NCBI GenBank assembly: GCA_024405635.1 | Contig: JAKSOL010000009.1 | Coordinates: forward strand, 46,491 to 110,490 | DNA from: Salinivirgaceae bacterium | GTDB taxonomy: Bacteria; Bacteroidota; Bacteroidia; Bacteroidales; SZUA-534 | Reading direction: 5' to 3' | DNA length: 64,000 nt | Shown here: piece by piece, positions 43,059 through 54,352 of the stretch | Position numbering within the stretch: the stretch's first letter is position 1 | Layout: each line of letters begins with the position of its first letter | Translations under genes and position numbers: made by a program | Notes under the pieces: generated by a model | The model's input: only the letters and a program-made list of their open reading frames with translations | What the model was told of the DNA's origin: nothing | Databases searched by the model: none

Positions 43059-43940
43059 TTACGCTCTAGGATGAGCTTGGTTATACACTTGTTTTAATCG
43101 TTCAAAAGTCGTATGCGTATAAACTTGCGTTGCCGACAAAGTTGCATGACCTAATAATTCTTTTATTGAACTAAGATCTGCTCCATTGTTCAACATATGT
43201 GTAGCAAACGTATGCCGTAACACATGTGGACTTTTTTTATCTAACGTTGTAACCTCTCCTAAATATTTATTTACCAACCGATAAACCATTTTTACATAAA
43301 TAGGTTCACCTTTATCTGTTATAAACAAAACGTTTTCAGACGAAGTAACATTGTTACGAGCTACAAGATAGTTTTTTATTGCATACTTTAACTCGTCAAC
43401 AAAAGGAATTATTCGTTCTTTTTTTCTTTTTCCTAAAACTTTTAGTTGATTGTATGAAAAATCAACATCTGACACTTTTAAATTTACTAATTCACTAACA
43501 CGCATGCCTGTGCAATAGAAAGTTAAAAGTATGGTTTTATCACGAACACCCGAAAAATCTTCTGAGAATTCAAGTTCGTCAAACAGTGCTTGCATAGCTT
43601 TACTATCGACGAAATAAGGGAGCACCTTCTCTGTTTTAGGCAACACGACACCGTCAACTGGCGACTTAGTCAATTGTCCGTTACGCATTAAAAAGCGATA
43701 GAAAGTTTTAAGGGTTGTTATTTTTCTCTTTACTGACCTTGGATTTTGGCCTTGCTCCATTAAAAAAACAATCCACTTGCGGACGTCTTCTCGACTAACC
43801 ACAAGTGGATTAAATTCTTTTTTTGATGCGTCTTGCTCAAAACTAATGAACTGGCGCAAATCTGTCTCGTACGATCTTACAGTATGCTCTGAATAACGTT
43901 TTTCGTTAGCAAGATAATCGATAAAATTATCTTCAAACAT
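43059..43940 (-). CDS. xerC: XerC-like tyrosine recombinase
   Basis: TGMRVSEL, GKRKKER, SPHVLRHTFATH and LLGH..TQVYTH motifs; conserved rpsU-xer-hpf context. Confidence 0.8.
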   Translation of the reverse strand: MFEDNFIDYLANEKRYSEHTVRSYETDLRQFISFEQDASKKEFNPLVVSREDVRKWIVFLMEQGQNPRSVKRKITTLKTFYRFLMRNGQLTKSPVDGVVLPKTEKVLPYFVDSKAMQALFDELEFSEDFSGVRDKTILLTFYCTGMRVSELVNLKVSDVDFSYNQLKVLGKRKKERIIPFVDELKYAIKNYLVARNNVTSSENVLFITDKGEPIYVKMVYRLVNKYLGEVTTLDKKSPHVLRHTFATHMLNNGADLSSIKELLGHATLSATQVYTHTTFERLKQVYNQAHPRA

Positions 43941-43976
43941 ATTGCAAGGCCCTCTTGGGCGTACAAAAGCCAAATA

Positions 43977-44174
43977 CTATTGTTCTTGGCTTTGATCGCG
44001 CAATTGTTGAACGTATGCAGCTTTTATTAGCTTTTTGCGTTTTTCAACTGAAGGTTTAGTGAAAACTTGACGAGCGCGCAACTCTTTCACAACACCTGTT
44101 TTTTCAAATTTTCTTTTGAATTTTTTTAAGGCTCTATCAATATTCTCGCCTTCTTTTACTGGAACAATAATCAT
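43977..44174 (-). CDS. rpsU: 30S ribosomal protein S21
   Basis: VKEGENIDRALKKFKRKFEKTG..FTKPSV. Confidence 0.97.
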   Translation of the reverse strand: MIIVPVKEGENIDRALKKFKRKFEKTGVVKELRARQVFTKPSVEKRKKLIKAAYVQQLRDQSQEQ

Positions 44175-44212
44175 AATAAAAATAAAAATTAAATGCGTCT
44201 TAAATAGGGTCG

Positions 44213-44220
44213 CAAATTTA
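44213..44220 (-). promoter_or_regulatory. -7 promoter element upstream of rpsU
   Basis: TAAATTTG matches the TAnnTTTG consensus. Confidence 0.6.
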
Positions 44221-44308
44221 GAATTTGGTAGTTAATTCACAAAAACTAAACCCAAATATTTTTAGGGTTTAAAATTATATTTCAATTCGCTCTTAATCAA
44301 TCAGTTAT

Positions 44309-45778
44309 TTAACCACCACCTTTCTCAATTCTTTTATTTGAACTATTATAATATATGTCCACTGCCACTATCAAGGCTGTGTATCCCCAAAAGGGAACCG
44401 AGGCCTTGTCCGTATCTAGGAAATCATTCAACACTCCATGAAAATAGTATGTAAATAATCCTATCAATACAGCGAGTGCAATATTAGTAAGTTTATTTAT
44501 TTCCACATCTTCTTTTTTTCGTCGATATATTTTTACTGCAGTTATAACTGTAGTTATAATTATTGCCATTAATGTTAATGGGCCCAAGATGCCCGATTCG
44601 CACAAGGGGCCTAGATATTCGCTATGAGCGTTACCCATGTCGCCTTCGTTTGTGCTAATTATTGTTTTTTCGTAAGATATTTGATATGGTGCATAATAGA
44701 ACATATATGTTCCTGGCCCCCAACCAAATATAGGTTTCTCTGAAAACATTCGCAATGCACATTTCCAGCGATTGATTCGCTCAACGTTTGACGCATCAGT
44801 TGACACGTTACTTATTGATTTAACATGTTCAACAATATTGGTTGTTGATGAATCTTGATTGTTGGATTGAAGTATGCGAGTTATGTTTTCTCCAAAAGAA
44901 AAGGCAATAATTGCGGCAATAACAAGTACTGATGCAATAAAAGAAAACTTGATGCGAAGTTTTATGCAACACCACACACCAAAGGCGCCAATTAAACTCA
45001 GCCAAGCAGCTCGTGAATATGAAAAAATTAAGCCTACACTAATAACTACCAAAACTAATAAGTACACGAGCCTAATGCCTCGACTATTTCTTTTTTCAAA
45101 CAATAGAGCAGCTATTGGCGGTATATTCATTGCCAATAACGCTCCGTATGATGTATGGTCTTTATAAAATGGATTTGATGCCCAATGCGCAATTTTCTGA
45201 TCAAATATTCCATATGTAACATGTCTTGTTAAAGCATATAAAACTACTACACATAGAGATATTGCATAAAACAACACGTATCGTCTTACATTGTTTGGAT
45301 TTCGAAACACTTGTGTCATCAAGAAGTATAATGGTAGGATAAACCACAAATGGGAAATAAAGAACTTAAACGACACCAATGGTTCAACACTTGTGATACT
45401 TGTTACCAATATCCACGCCATATATATATATATGGTTATTGACACAGGATGTGTAAGTACCCTTTTATCAAATTGTTTTTCGTATAGCAGTTTAAAAAGA
45501 AATATTATTGCAATGCCTGCTAACAAAGGTTCTGTTGGTAAGGATAGATCAACAGATAATCCTTTTGATATTTCACTTAATGGAATTGATAGCGGAGTAA
45601 GAAACGATATACATAGCATCAATTTATCAAGCGACAAAAAGGCCATTGCAGCAAGTAATAATGCAATTGGCAGTAAGCTTAGCAAGAAAAAGTCATTATA
45701 TATGCACACTGCATTAAGCGCCACAAATAGTAGCGCAATAGCATATACTCCCCACTTATTTATATGGTTGAGTTGCAA
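44309..45778 (-). CDS. O-antigen ligase/polymerase (Wzy_C/WaaL) family membrane protein
   Basis: Polytopic; SYSRAAW, ER..RW..A..MF..KPIFGWG.G and AHSEYL..L.E.GILG motifs. Confidence 0.85.
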   Translation of the reverse strand: MQLNHINKWGVYAIALLFVALNAVCIYNDFFLLSLLPIALLLAAMAFLSLDKLMLCISFLTPLSIPLSEISKGLSVDLSLPTEPLLAGIAIIFLFKLLYEKQFDKRVLTHPVSITIYIYMAWILVTSITSVEPLVSFKFFISHLWFILPLYFLMTQVFRNPNNVRRYVLFYAISLCVVVLYALTRHVTYGIFDQKIAHWASNPFYKDHTSYGALLAMNIPPIAALLFEKRNSRGIRLVYLLVLVVISVGLIFSYSRAAWLSLIGAFGVWCCIKLRIKFSFIASVLVIAAIIAFSFGENITRILQSNNQDSSTTNIVEHVKSISNVSTDASNVERINRWKCALRMFSEKPIFGWGPGTYMFYYAPYQISYEKTIISTNEGDMGNAHSEYLGPLCESGILGPLTLMAIIITTVITAVKIYRRKKEDVEINKLTNIALAVLIGLFTYYFHGVLNDFLDTDKASVPFWGYTALIVAVDIYYNSSNKRIEKGGG

Positions 45779-45779
45779 C

Positions 45780-46808
45780 TTACTCTTTTTTGGTTTTCAA
45801 ACGGAATGCATTTGCTGTAACCGAATCGCATACCACCAAAAGTAAAAGCGAAAGCACAAAAGCAGATGCTGTTGACATTGTTACAATAAGCCAACGAATT
45901 GGATAAGATTTCTTTTCAGCCTTCACTGCTGCATTTACCACGTATTTATGTGGCAGTTTTTGTTTTGCATCAAGTTGAGCCTCTGCGTATTTAGCTCTAA
46001 GATCAACTAGTTGTGTGTTAATCTTTGTAAGGTAAGCAGTAATTTGAGTTGAGGAGCCTCCAACTCTAGCTAAGTCATTTAGCCGAATTTGTATTTTATC
46101 AGCAGACTTTACATCACCTTTTGCTAAAGCTTTTGCCATAGCATTATTAAGTGCTTCAACTTGTGTTTTATAATCAGAAACACCTTGCTGCCGCATGTGG
46201 TTCAATGAATCTTGAAGTTCTGCTATTTCCGATTTCAAGGAATTATAAGCTTCTTCAACTAGCGCCAAGGCTTGCAATGCTTTTTCGTGCTGCATATTAT
46301 TCATTACCGTATCGACAAGATTTGAAATCTCGTTAGCTATATCTGCAGCCATTTGAGGATCTTTATCAAGCACAGTTATTCGCACCGATAAAAATTTTGT
46401 AGGCGTAATGGTAATGTTTTTGTCATACTTGCGCTGTAATGCTGTTTGTGGATAACGCGTGGTAGGCGATATTCCATAATGTTCACGCAAGTTAAACTTG
46501 CTAATCACTCTATTTCGTATTTCATTTGATTGCAACACCTGCATAAGTTGCTCTAGTTCTTCGTCTTCTCCTAAACGAAGAACAGCTTTAGTTGTTACAC
46601 CAACCGACAACAAGTCTTGCGATATAGAACCCGATGCTGAAGGAAAGAGAATAACCTCCGATTTATATTTTTCTTGTATAAGCAAAGAGACAACTATTGA
46701 AACAATGGCTGCTACTACTGTTACCACAATAATTGGAACTCGACGTTTCCAAAAATAGAGTATGATGTCAATTGAATCGAACTTGTACTGATTTTCTGAT
46801 TCAGTCAT
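45780..46808 (-). CDS. Wzz-like polysaccharide chain-length determinant
   Basis: Two TM helices flank a periplasmic coiled coil; DKDPQMAADIAN and AEKKSYP.R motifs. Confidence 0.82.
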   Translation of the reverse strand: MTESENQYKFDSIDIILYFWKRRVPIIVVTVVAAIVSIVVSLLIQEKYKSEVILFPSASGSISQDLLSVGVTTKAVLRLGEDEELEQLMQVLQSNEIRNRVISKFNLREHYGISPTTRYPQTALQRKYDKNITITPTKFLSVRITVLDKDPQMAADIANEISNLVDTVMNNMQHEKALQALALVEEAYNSLKSEIAELQDSLNHMRQQGVSDYKTQVEALNNAMAKALAKGDVKSADKIQIRLNDLARVGGSSTQITAYLTKINTQLVDLRAKYAEAQLDAKQKLPHKYVVNAAVKAEKKSYPIRWLIVTMSTASAFVLSLLLLVVCDSVTANAFRLKTKKE

Positions 46809-46964
46809 AATTAAAAGATTTGTATAATGATGCAAATGTAACACAATGAACAACAAAACGGTTTTTAGTGTTAATTATTGCACCATCATGCTTTTTATTA
46901 TTGGTTGCATTAAACGCGAAAAAAAATAATTTTGCCACTCCCAAATTCATAATCAACTGTAAGA

Positions 46965-47474
46965 ATGAAAATAAAACATGCTATAACAGCTATTTGTGTC
47001 GCAATGTTTTCTTTTTGCGCAACTGCACAAAATTGCCAATACGAAAAAGAATTTACTGACGACAACACTGGTAAAAAGGTAAAAATTACGGTTCAAGTTG
47101 TTTTAGCCCGACTAAATAACAACCCGTTGTACTTTAAAGCACAAAGTATTGGCGATGACCGCCGTTTTTTAAAAATGCGTTATTATAAATACAACGATTT
47201 TTATTTCCGCGACGACCGAGAGGTTATTCTTTTTCTTACTAATGGCGAACAAGTAGTGCTTAACCCTAGAGTAAATCCTAACGAAAGTAAAGAATCGAAA
47301 CTTCAGACTATTTCCTCAATGGTTATTTACCCTTTAACCGAAGAACAATTCAGCAAACTACGCAATCACCCTGTAAAAAATTTCCGTTATTACGTTGCAA
47401 CCGGTTTTGTTGACTTACCTGTAAAAGATAACAAACAAGACCAACTTATGAAAATATTGAAGTGTATTGACTAG
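46965..47474 (+). CDS. Hypothetical secreted protein
   Basis: Signal peptide ending ATA-Q; upstream TAATTTTG element; no family recognised. Confidence 0.7.
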   Translation: MKIKHAITAICVAMFSFCATAQNCQYEKEFTDDNTGKKVKITVQVVLARLNNNPLYFKAQSIGDDRRFLKMRYYKYNDFYFRDDREVILFLTNGEQVVLNPRVNPNESKESKLQTISSMVIYPLTEEQFSKLRNHPVKNFRYYVATGFVDLPVKDNKQDQLMKILKCID

Positions 47475-47493
47475 CAATTCCTTTTATAGCAAT

Positions 47494-47528
47494 AAAAAAG
47501 CAGGACTCTTTTGAATCCTGCTTTTTTT
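47494..47528. terminator. Bidirectional terminator
   Basis: A6-gcaggactc-tttt-gaatcctgc-T7 between convergent genes. Confidence 0.85.
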
Positions 47529-47549
47529 ATTTGGCATTAAATAAACACT

Positions 47550-49049
47550 CTATACAATTTTGTTGATTGCGTCAACAAATGCCTCAGCACTAGCATTCAC
47601 AATATTTACATTAGCACCAAAGCCATAGTAAATTTTGTCGTTGTATGAAACTTTAACATGAACTTTACCATTGTCGTTGCTGCCGCGAGTAATTGCTTGA
47701 ACTAAAAATTCCTCAAGACGCATATCTTCTTTCTCAACTACTTCGCGAATAGCATTGAAAGCTGCATCAACTGGACCATTACCCGATGCTGTTGCTGTTT
47801 TTTGTTTACCTCCAATATTCAAACGCACTGCAGCCATCGACTCTGGGAATGAACCTGTTGAAACGTGCAAGTACTCTAACTTAATAGCATTTGAACTCTT
47901 AACGTTATCGTTAATCAGCAAACGAAGGTCGTTGTCGTTTATCTCCTTTTTGGCATCGGCCATATTTAAAAATCGTGCATAAAGTTCATCAAGTTCTTCA
48001 GTTGTGGCTTTATAACCAATTACCTCTAGGCGATGTTTTAGCGCTGCACGACCACTGCGAGCTGTCAAAATAATTTCTGACTCTTTGATGCCCACATCTT
48101 TTGGATCGATAATTTCGTAGGTAGTAACATTTTTAAGTACACCATCTTGATGAATACCTGAAGAATGAGCAAAGGCATTTCGTCCTACTATGGCTTTATT
48201 TGCTTGAACTGGCATATTCATCAAACTTGAAACCATGCGCGATGCTGGATATATCATTGGAGTATTAATGTCAGAATAAAGATCGATATCGTTATGACAT
48301 TTTAGAATCATTGCAATCTCTTCAAGTGAAGTGTTTCCTGCCCGTTCGCCAATACCGTTGATTGTAACCTCGCATTGGCGAGCTCCATTTATCAATCCCG
48401 ACATTGTGTTAGCAGTTGCCATTCCTAAGTCGTTGTGGCAGTGAGTTGATAAGATTGCATTTTCAACTCCATCAACATGATCAATTAGATATTTGATTTT
48501 TGCTCCGTATTCTGCAGGAAGGCAATATCCTGTTGTATCAGGAATATTTACTACTGTAGCTCCAGCTTTAATCACAGCTTCAACCACACGTGCAAGATAC
48601 TCGTTGTCGGTTCTACCTGCATCTTCAGCATAAAACTCAACATCGTCAACAAAACGACGAGCAAATTTAACGGCTTTAACCGCTCGTTCAATTATCTCTT
48701 CTCGGTTCGATTTGAATTTGTATTTAATATGCGAATCTGAAGTCCCAATACCAGTATGAATGCGTTTGTGTTTTGCATATTTTAAAGCCTCGGCTGCTAC
48801 TTCAATATCTTTTTCAACTGCTCGGGTTAATGCGCAAATTGTAGGATTTGTAACGGCTTTTGATATTTCAACTACCGAATTAAAGTCGCCTGGGCTTGAA
48901 ACTGGAAAACCTGCTTCAATCACATCAACGCCTAATTGCTCAAGCATTTTTGCCACTTCAATCTTTTCTATAGTATTTAATTGGCAACCTGGCACTTGTT
49001 CGCCATCGCGTAGTGTTGTGTCGAAAACATAAATTTTATTATCGGCCAT
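47550..49049 (-). CDS. leuA: 2-isopropylmalate synthase
   Basis: [25 protein letters not shown] and HSSGIHQDG motifs; regulatory-domain GNGPVDA. Confidence 0.95.
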   Translation of the reverse strand: MADNKIYVFDTTLRDGEQVPGCQLNTIEKIEVAKMLEQLGVDVIEAGFPVSSPGDFNSVVEISKAVTNPTICALTRAVEKDIEVAAEALKYAKHKRIHTGIGTSDSHIKYKFKSNREEIIERAVKAVKFARRFVDDVEFYAEDAGRTDNEYLARVVEAVIKAGATVVNIPDTTGYCLPAEYGAKIKYLIDHVDGVENAILSTHCHNDLGMATANTMSGLINGARQCEVTINGIGERAGNTSLEEIAMILKCHNDIDLYSDINTPMIYPASRMVSSLMNMPVQANKAIVGRNAFAHSSGIHQDGVLKNVTTYEIIDPKDVGIKESEIILTARSGRAALKHRLEVIGYKATTEELDELYARFLNMADAKKEINDNDLRLLINDNVKSSNAIKLEYLHVSTGSFPESMAAVRLNIGGKQKTATASGNGPVDAAFNAIREVVEKEDMRLEEFLVQAITRGSNDNGKVHVKVSYNDKIYYGFGANVNIVNASAEAFVDAINKIV

Positions 49050-49396
49050 AGTATCTTGTATTTATTTGTTTACTTTTTTGAAAATGAGAATGTTGCAACT
49101 AAAAAAACTAAGAACTACAAGCGGCACAATCGGGTTAAATTGGCGCTACATAGCAAGTATAACAAAGTGTGCATAGAATTAGCACAACCGCACAATTTAC
49201 TGTACGACAGGCTCTTATTAGTTATATTAACACAAGTTGCTGATAACATTCTGCTTCTAATTTGTGAGTGGCGAAATTAACAAACTATTTGCAAAAACCG
49301 AATAGGCACAAGTTTTTGGTGTTTGAATCATTTAAGCATCAAACAAATACGGCTATTTGTTTACTTTTGAACTCTCAAACAAAAAGACATCAAACA

Positions 49397-52300
49397 TTGG
49401 ATATTAGCGAGTTAGTTGCTGTTTTCACCCAATCGGCACAAGTAAAAAAAATTGTTGATTTACTAAATTCCGACACCTGTCATAGTATTAAATTAAAAGG
49501 GCTAAAAGGGTCGGCTGTAGCAATGACAATTGGCGCTGCTTTTGGCAATCAAAAGCATTCGTTTTTCATAATTGAACAAGACAAAGAGCGCGCTGCTTAT
49601 CTGTACAACGACTTACAAGCCGTGTTAGGCAAAGAATCGGTTGAATTTTTGCCCTCTTCGTACCAACGCTCAATTGAATATAATCGCACCGATAGTAGTA
49701 ACATATTGCTACGCACCGATGTGTTGAGCAAAATGAGCGCTTCAGCAAAACCTATGGTGGTGATAACTCACCCCGAATCGCTAATGGAGAAGGTGATTAA
49801 GCCCGAAAAGTTGAAGTCAAACACGTTTGTCATTAACAAAGGAGACTCGCTATCGCACGACTTTTTAATCGATTTACTTTCCGAATATGGTTTTGACCGC
49901 GTTGATTTTGTTGTTGAACCTGGACAATACTCGGTTCGTGGTAGTTTGATTGACGTTTTTTCGTTTTCGGATGAAATGCCTTTTCGTCTCGATTTTTTTG
50001 GCGACGATATAGAAAGTATCCGTTCTTTCGACATTGAAACCCAACTTACAAAAAAGGAACTTGAAATTGTAAGCATCATACCAAACATTCAAGACCAAGA
50101 AGTGCAAGATGTGCGCGTACCTATAAGCGACTTTTTCCCTGAAAATACCATTGTTTGGTTTAATAGTCTAACTTTTGTTGCCGACCGCATTGAGCAAATT
50201 TTTACTGACACCGTTTATAAAACTGGCGAACGCAAAAACATTGAGTTAATTGCTTTGCAAGGTTCCGATATTCACCTCTTTGCTCAAAATTACAGAACTG
50301 TTGAGTTTGGAACAAGCCAATTAAAACACAATGCCAATGTTGACTTTAACATTGATTTACAACCTACTTTCCATAAGAAATTTGAATTATTGGCCGAATC
50401 GCTAAACAAATACTCGGAACTAGGATACACCAATTATATATTGTCTGATAACCAAAGTCAAAACGAACGTCTATCATCAATATTTAAAGAGCAATCGTTG
50501 CGAGCCAAGTTTACTCCAATTCAAAAAACAATAAACGAAGGTTTTGTTGACAACGACTTGAAAATATGCAGTTTTACCGACCATCAGATTTTTGAGCGCT
50601 ACCACAAGTACAATATCAAAACAGGTTTCACAAAACGAGAGTCAATAACTTTAGCCGAGTTGAGCAACTTGCATGTTGGCGATTTTGTGGTTCATATTGA
50701 TTACGGCATTGGCAAATTTGCTGGTTTGCAAAAAGTTGAAATTAACGGCAAATTTCAAGAAACCATTAAATTGGTTTACCGCGACAACGATGTACTTTTT
50801 GTAAGCATTCACTCGTTGCATCGCATATCAAAATATATGAGCAAAGATGCCGAAGTGCCTAACGTTCATAAACTTGGAACACCTGCTTGGCAAAAACTAA
50901 AAGCCACAACAAAAAGCAAGGTTAAAGACATTGCTAAAGACCTTATTAAACTATATGCTCAGCGCAAGGCAACCGAGGGTTACGCATTTTCGCCCGACTC
51001 GTTTTTGAGCAAAGAACTTGAGGCCTCTTTTATGTACGAAGACACTCCCGACCAACAAAAAGCCACGCAGGCAGTTAAAGCCGACATGGAAAGCACCATT
51101 CCAATGGACCGTTTGGTGTGCGGCGATGTTGGTTTTGGCAAAACCGAAGTTGCCATTCGCGCAGCTTTTAAAGCAGTTGCCGACAACAAACAAGTTGCTG
51201 TGCTAGTACCAACCACCATTTTGGCTATGCAACACTTTAGAACTTTCAGCCAACGTCTTGCCGATTTCCCTTGCAAAATCGACTATCTAAGCCGTATGCG
51301 ATCAGCTAAAGAACAAAAAGCCATTTTGTCAAAACTTGAAAGTGGCGAACTCGACATAGTTATTGGTACGCATAAGCTAGTAGGCAAAGAGGTAAAGTTT
51401 AAAGATCTTGGTTTGCTCATTATTGACGAAGAGCAAAAGTTTGGCGTAAGCGTAAAAGAAAAACTAAAAGAATTAAAACATAACGTTGACACACTGACTC
51501 TTACAGCCACTCCTATTCCTCGAACGCTACAATTCTCACTAATGGGCGCGCGCGACTTGTCAATAATAAGCACGCCTCCACCAAACAGGCAACCCATTTA
51601 CACCGAGGTCCACACTTTTGAGCCCAACTTAATTAAAGAGGCTGTTGAGTACGAAATGAGCCGCGGTGGTCAAGTATTTTTCATTCACAACCGCATTGGT
51701 TCGCTTGACAATGTTGCTGGACTTATTACCAAACTTGTTCCATCGGCCCGTGTGATTACTGCCCATGGACAAATGGAAGGCAAAGAACTTGAAAAGATAT
51801 TTCTTGATTTTATCGACTGCAAATACGATGTATTGGTTGCCACCACAATCATTGAAGCTGGACTTGACATACCAAATGCCAACACCATTATTATTGACAA
51901 AGGCGAAAACTACGGTTTAAGCGAAATGCACCAGTTGCGCGGACGAGTTGGCCGATCAAACAAAAAAGCCTATTGCTACATTTTTGCTTCACCCGACACA
52001 TCGCTCACCAGCGAAGCCCGACGCCGATTAAAAGCCATTGAAGATTTTAGCGAACTTGGCAGCGGATTCAACTTGTCGCTTCAAGACCTTGATATTCGTG
52101 GCGCAGGAAATTTGCTTGGAGCCGAACAAAGTGGTTTTATTGGCGACTTAGGTTTTGAAACCTACCAACGCATTCTTGACGAAGCTCTGCTTGAACTAAA
52201 AGAATCGGAATTGCAAAACGAAATGAACGCAGCAACCGAAGATGCCGAAATTGAGCAAGATGCAATGGCCGACATGCACTTTGTTGCCGACTGCCACGTT

Positions 52301-52765
52301 GACACTGACCTTGAACTATTGGTTCCCGACGATTATGTTGAAAGTACACCTGAACGCATAAACCTTTACCGCCGAATTGATGCTCTGCAAAACGAAGAAG
52401 GAATTGCTAGATTTATTACTGAACTAACTGACCGATTTGGTCCTGTGCCTCAAGTAGTTCTAGATTTGCTGCAAGTTGTGCGTATTCGTTGGACTGCAGT
52501 TTGCTTCGGTATTGAGATGATTATTTTGAAAAACAACAAAATGAAGTTGCACTTTGTGAGCAAACCCGAATCGCTTTTTTACAAATCGCCTCAATTCAGC
52601 AACGTTATTATGAACGTACAACGCATGAGCAATATTTGCAAAATGGAAGAAAAGAACGGAAAACTAATTCTTACCATCGACGATGTGAAATCGGTTGACC
52701 GAGCATCGCGTTTAATTGAAAAAATTTCAGGACAAATCATTAATAATCAAGCCAATGGCAAATAA
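49397..52765 (+). CDS. mfd: Transcription-repair coupling factor
   Basis: CarD-like VVHIDYGIGKF; CGDVGFGKTEVA, DEEQKFGV, QLRGRVGRS and DLDIRGAGNLLG motifs. The TTG start at 49397 is my estimate. Confidence 0.95.
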   Translation: MDISELVAVFTQSAQVKKIVDLLNSDTCHSIKLKGLKGSAVAMTIGAAFGNQKHSFFIIEQDKERAAYLYNDLQAVLGKESVEFLPSSYQRSIEYNRTDSSNILLRTDVLSKMSASAKPMVVITHPESLMEKVIKPEKLKSNTFVINKGDSLSHDFLIDLLSEYGFDRVDFVVEPGQYSVRGSLIDVFSFSDEMPFRLDFFGDDIESIRSFDIETQLTKKELEIVSIIPNIQDQEVQDVRVPISDFFPENTIVWFNSLTFVADRIEQIFTDTVYKTGERKNIELIALQGSDIHLFAQNYRTVEFGTSQLKHNANVDFNIDLQPTFHKKFELLAESLNKYSELGYTNYILSDNQSQNERLSSIFKEQSLRAKFTPIQKTINEGFVDNDLKICSFTDHQIFERYHKYNIKTGFTKRESITLAELSNLHVGDFVVHIDYGIGKFAGLQKVEINGKFQETIKLVYRDNDVLFVSIHSLHRISKYMSKDAEVPNVHKLGTPAWQKLKATTKSKVKDIAKDLIKLYAQRKATEGYAFSPDSFLSKELEASFMYEDTPDQQKATQAVKADMESTIPMDRLVCGDVGFGKTEVAIRAAFKAVADNKQVAVLVPTTILAMQHFRTFSQRLADFPCKIDYLSRMRSAKEQKAILSKLESGELDIVIGTHKLVGKEVKFKDLGLLIIDEEQKFGVSVKEKLKELKHNVDTLTLTATPIPRTLQFSLMGARDLSIISTPPPNRQPIYTEVHTFEPNLIKEAVEYEMSRGGQVFFIHNRIGSLDNVAGLITKLVPSARVITAHGQMEGKELEKIFLDFIDCKYDVLVATTIIEAGLDIPNANTIIIDKGENYGLSEMHQLRGRVGRSNKKAYCYIFASPDTSLTSEARRRLKAIEDFSELGSGFNLSLQDLDIRGAGNLLGAEQSGFIGDLGFETYQRILDEALLELKESELQNEMNAATEDAEIEQDAMADMHFVADCHVDTDLELLVPDDYVESTPERINLYRRIDALQNEEGIARFITELTDRFGPVPQVVLDLLQVVRIRWTAVCFGIEMIILKNNKMKLHFVSKPESLFYKSPQFSNVIMNVQRMSNICKMEEKNGKLILTIDDVKSVDRASRLIEKISGQIINNQANGK

Positions 52766-52842
52766 TATCACAAAAAAGATTATTCATTTTGTAACACTTA
52801 AAAAAAAGAAGTGTCTTTAGTGTGAATTAAAAACTAATTAAT

Positions 52843-53298
52843 ATGGAAACTACAAATAAATCAAAAGGAAATGGACTTGCAATTGCAAGTATGGTATGTG
52901 GCATTATAGCTTTTCTTGTTTCATTCATTCCATGTATTTCGCTAGCATGCGTGCCTTGTGCAATAATAGCCATTGTATTTGGCATCATACACATTGTTGG
53001 TTCTTTACAAACTGGCAATAAAATAGGCATGTCAGTTGCAGGGCTAGCTTGCGGTGTATGTGCTTTTATTGTGATGATTGGATGGGGAATTTCCTTTTAT
53101 AATGCTATAAACAAAACTTCAAATACTATTAACGACAATATTCCTAACATTTCGAAAGCCGTAAAAGAAATTGTTGAAGCAGCAAGCAACGACGCATTTC
53201 ACGATGCCATTATACTTAATAAAAAGGGATTGGATTTTGACTCAACAACCTTTAACAAGTTTGAAGATATGCTTAACGAGCTTGAAGAAAATGAGTAG
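52843..53298 (+). CDS. DUF4190-like small membrane protein
   Basis: NGLAIASMVCGI..AIVFG..GMSVAGLACG pattern. Confidence 0.7.
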   Translation: METTNKSKGNGLAIASMVCGIIAFLVSFIPCISLACVPCAIIAIVFGIIHIVGSLQTGNKIGMSVAGLACGVCAFIVMIGWGISFYNAINKTSNTINDNIPNISKAVKEIVEAASNDAFHDAIILNKKGLDFDSTTFNKFEDMLNELEENE

Positions 53299-53309
53299 TG
53301 CGCGTAACT

Positions 53310-53711
53310 ATGCGTAATTATCTAAACAACAACTACATAACTATTAACACAATCTTTTTAATACTGATTGTGTTAATTTTTTTGTATTCAGCAGTTTTTA
53401 GTCCACAAAGCGGATACCCAATTCACGCCATAATTAACGGCAAACTTGCAAGTACGGGATTGTCGCGAGCTTTTTCAGAACTTGTACGTGGCAACATTAG
53501 TAAGGCTATTGAATACAACTCACTCTCTTTAAGAATTTTTATATTCTTCTGCACTCAACTGATCATGAGAATTTTAACCAGCATTGCTGTTGTTATTTTT
53601 CCAACTAAAATTAAAACCATTGTTGTTGTTGATACAATTCAAGCACTAGTTCTTTTTGCTTGGAGTTTTGGCGCACTAATGATGCTTCAAATTCAAATGT
53701 TTAGAATATAA
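53310..53711 (+). CDS. DUF2752-like membrane protein
   Basis: STGLSRAFSELVRG....AIEYN pattern; three TM segments. Confidence 0.6.
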   Translation: MRNYLNNNYITINTIFLILIVLIFLYSAVFSPQSGYPIHAIINGKLASTGLSRAFSELVRGNISKAIEYNSLSLRIFIFFCTQLIMRILTSIAVVIFPTKIKTIVVVDTIQALVLFAWSFGALMMLQIQMFRI

Positions 53712-53770
53712 TTGAGCATGAGCTATATGTGCAAAAAGTTACCTTTGCGCACTCAATAAAAACAACAAAA

Positions 53771-54307
53771 ATGCGCAAACTAACTAACGAAGAGTTAAAC
53801 CGATTATCGGTTGAAGAGTTTAAAAAAACAAGCAAAACTCCTGTGGTTGTGATACTTGACAATGTTCGAAGTTTGAATAACATTGGTTCGGTTTTTCGCA
53901 CATCAGACTGCTTGGGCATTGAGCGCATCTGCCTTTGCGGAATTACTGCAACTCCCCCAAACAAAGACATTCACAAAACTGCACTTGGCGCTACCGAATC
54001 GGTTGATTGGAAATACTACGCCAACACCATGGAGGCAATAAACGAACTAAGAGCTAGTGGATACACAATTGCAGCTATTGAACAAGTTGAACAAAGCATT
54101 AGTCTGCAAAACTTTGAACCTAAAGCCAATGAACGCTATGCTCTTGTATTTGGACATGAAGTAAATGGTGTTGACCAACAAGTAGTAGATGCGTGCGACA
54201 TAAGCATTGAAATTCCACAAGTTGGCACCAAACACTCGTTTAACATATCAGTTAGCGCTGGCATTGTTTTGTGGGACATTTTCTCAAAACTCAACTTTTG
54301 CAAATAG
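53771..54307 (+). CDS. TrmH/SpoU family RNA 2'-O-methyltransferase
   Basis: LDNVRSLNNIGSVFRT, FGHEVNGV and IPQ.G.KHSFNIS motifs. Confidence 0.92.
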   Translation: MRKLTNEELNRLSVEEFKKTSKTPVVVILDNVRSLNNIGSVFRTSDCLGIERICLCGITATPPNKDIHKTALGATESVDWKYYANTMEAINELRASGYTIAAIEQVEQSISLQNFEPKANERYALVFGHEVNGVDQQVVDACDISIEIPQVGTKHSFNISVSAGIVLWDIFSKLNFCK

Positions 54308-54352
54308 TGCTTTGCAACGGGCTATTTACAACAAGGTTGCTATATTTGCACT

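Noticed and set aside
43059-43940. Tyrosine recombinase beside a tRNA cluster as a sign of an integrated element
   Set aside because: rpsU-xer-hpf-tRNAs-tuf is normal Bacteroidota gene order; I saw no att duplication or cargo genes.
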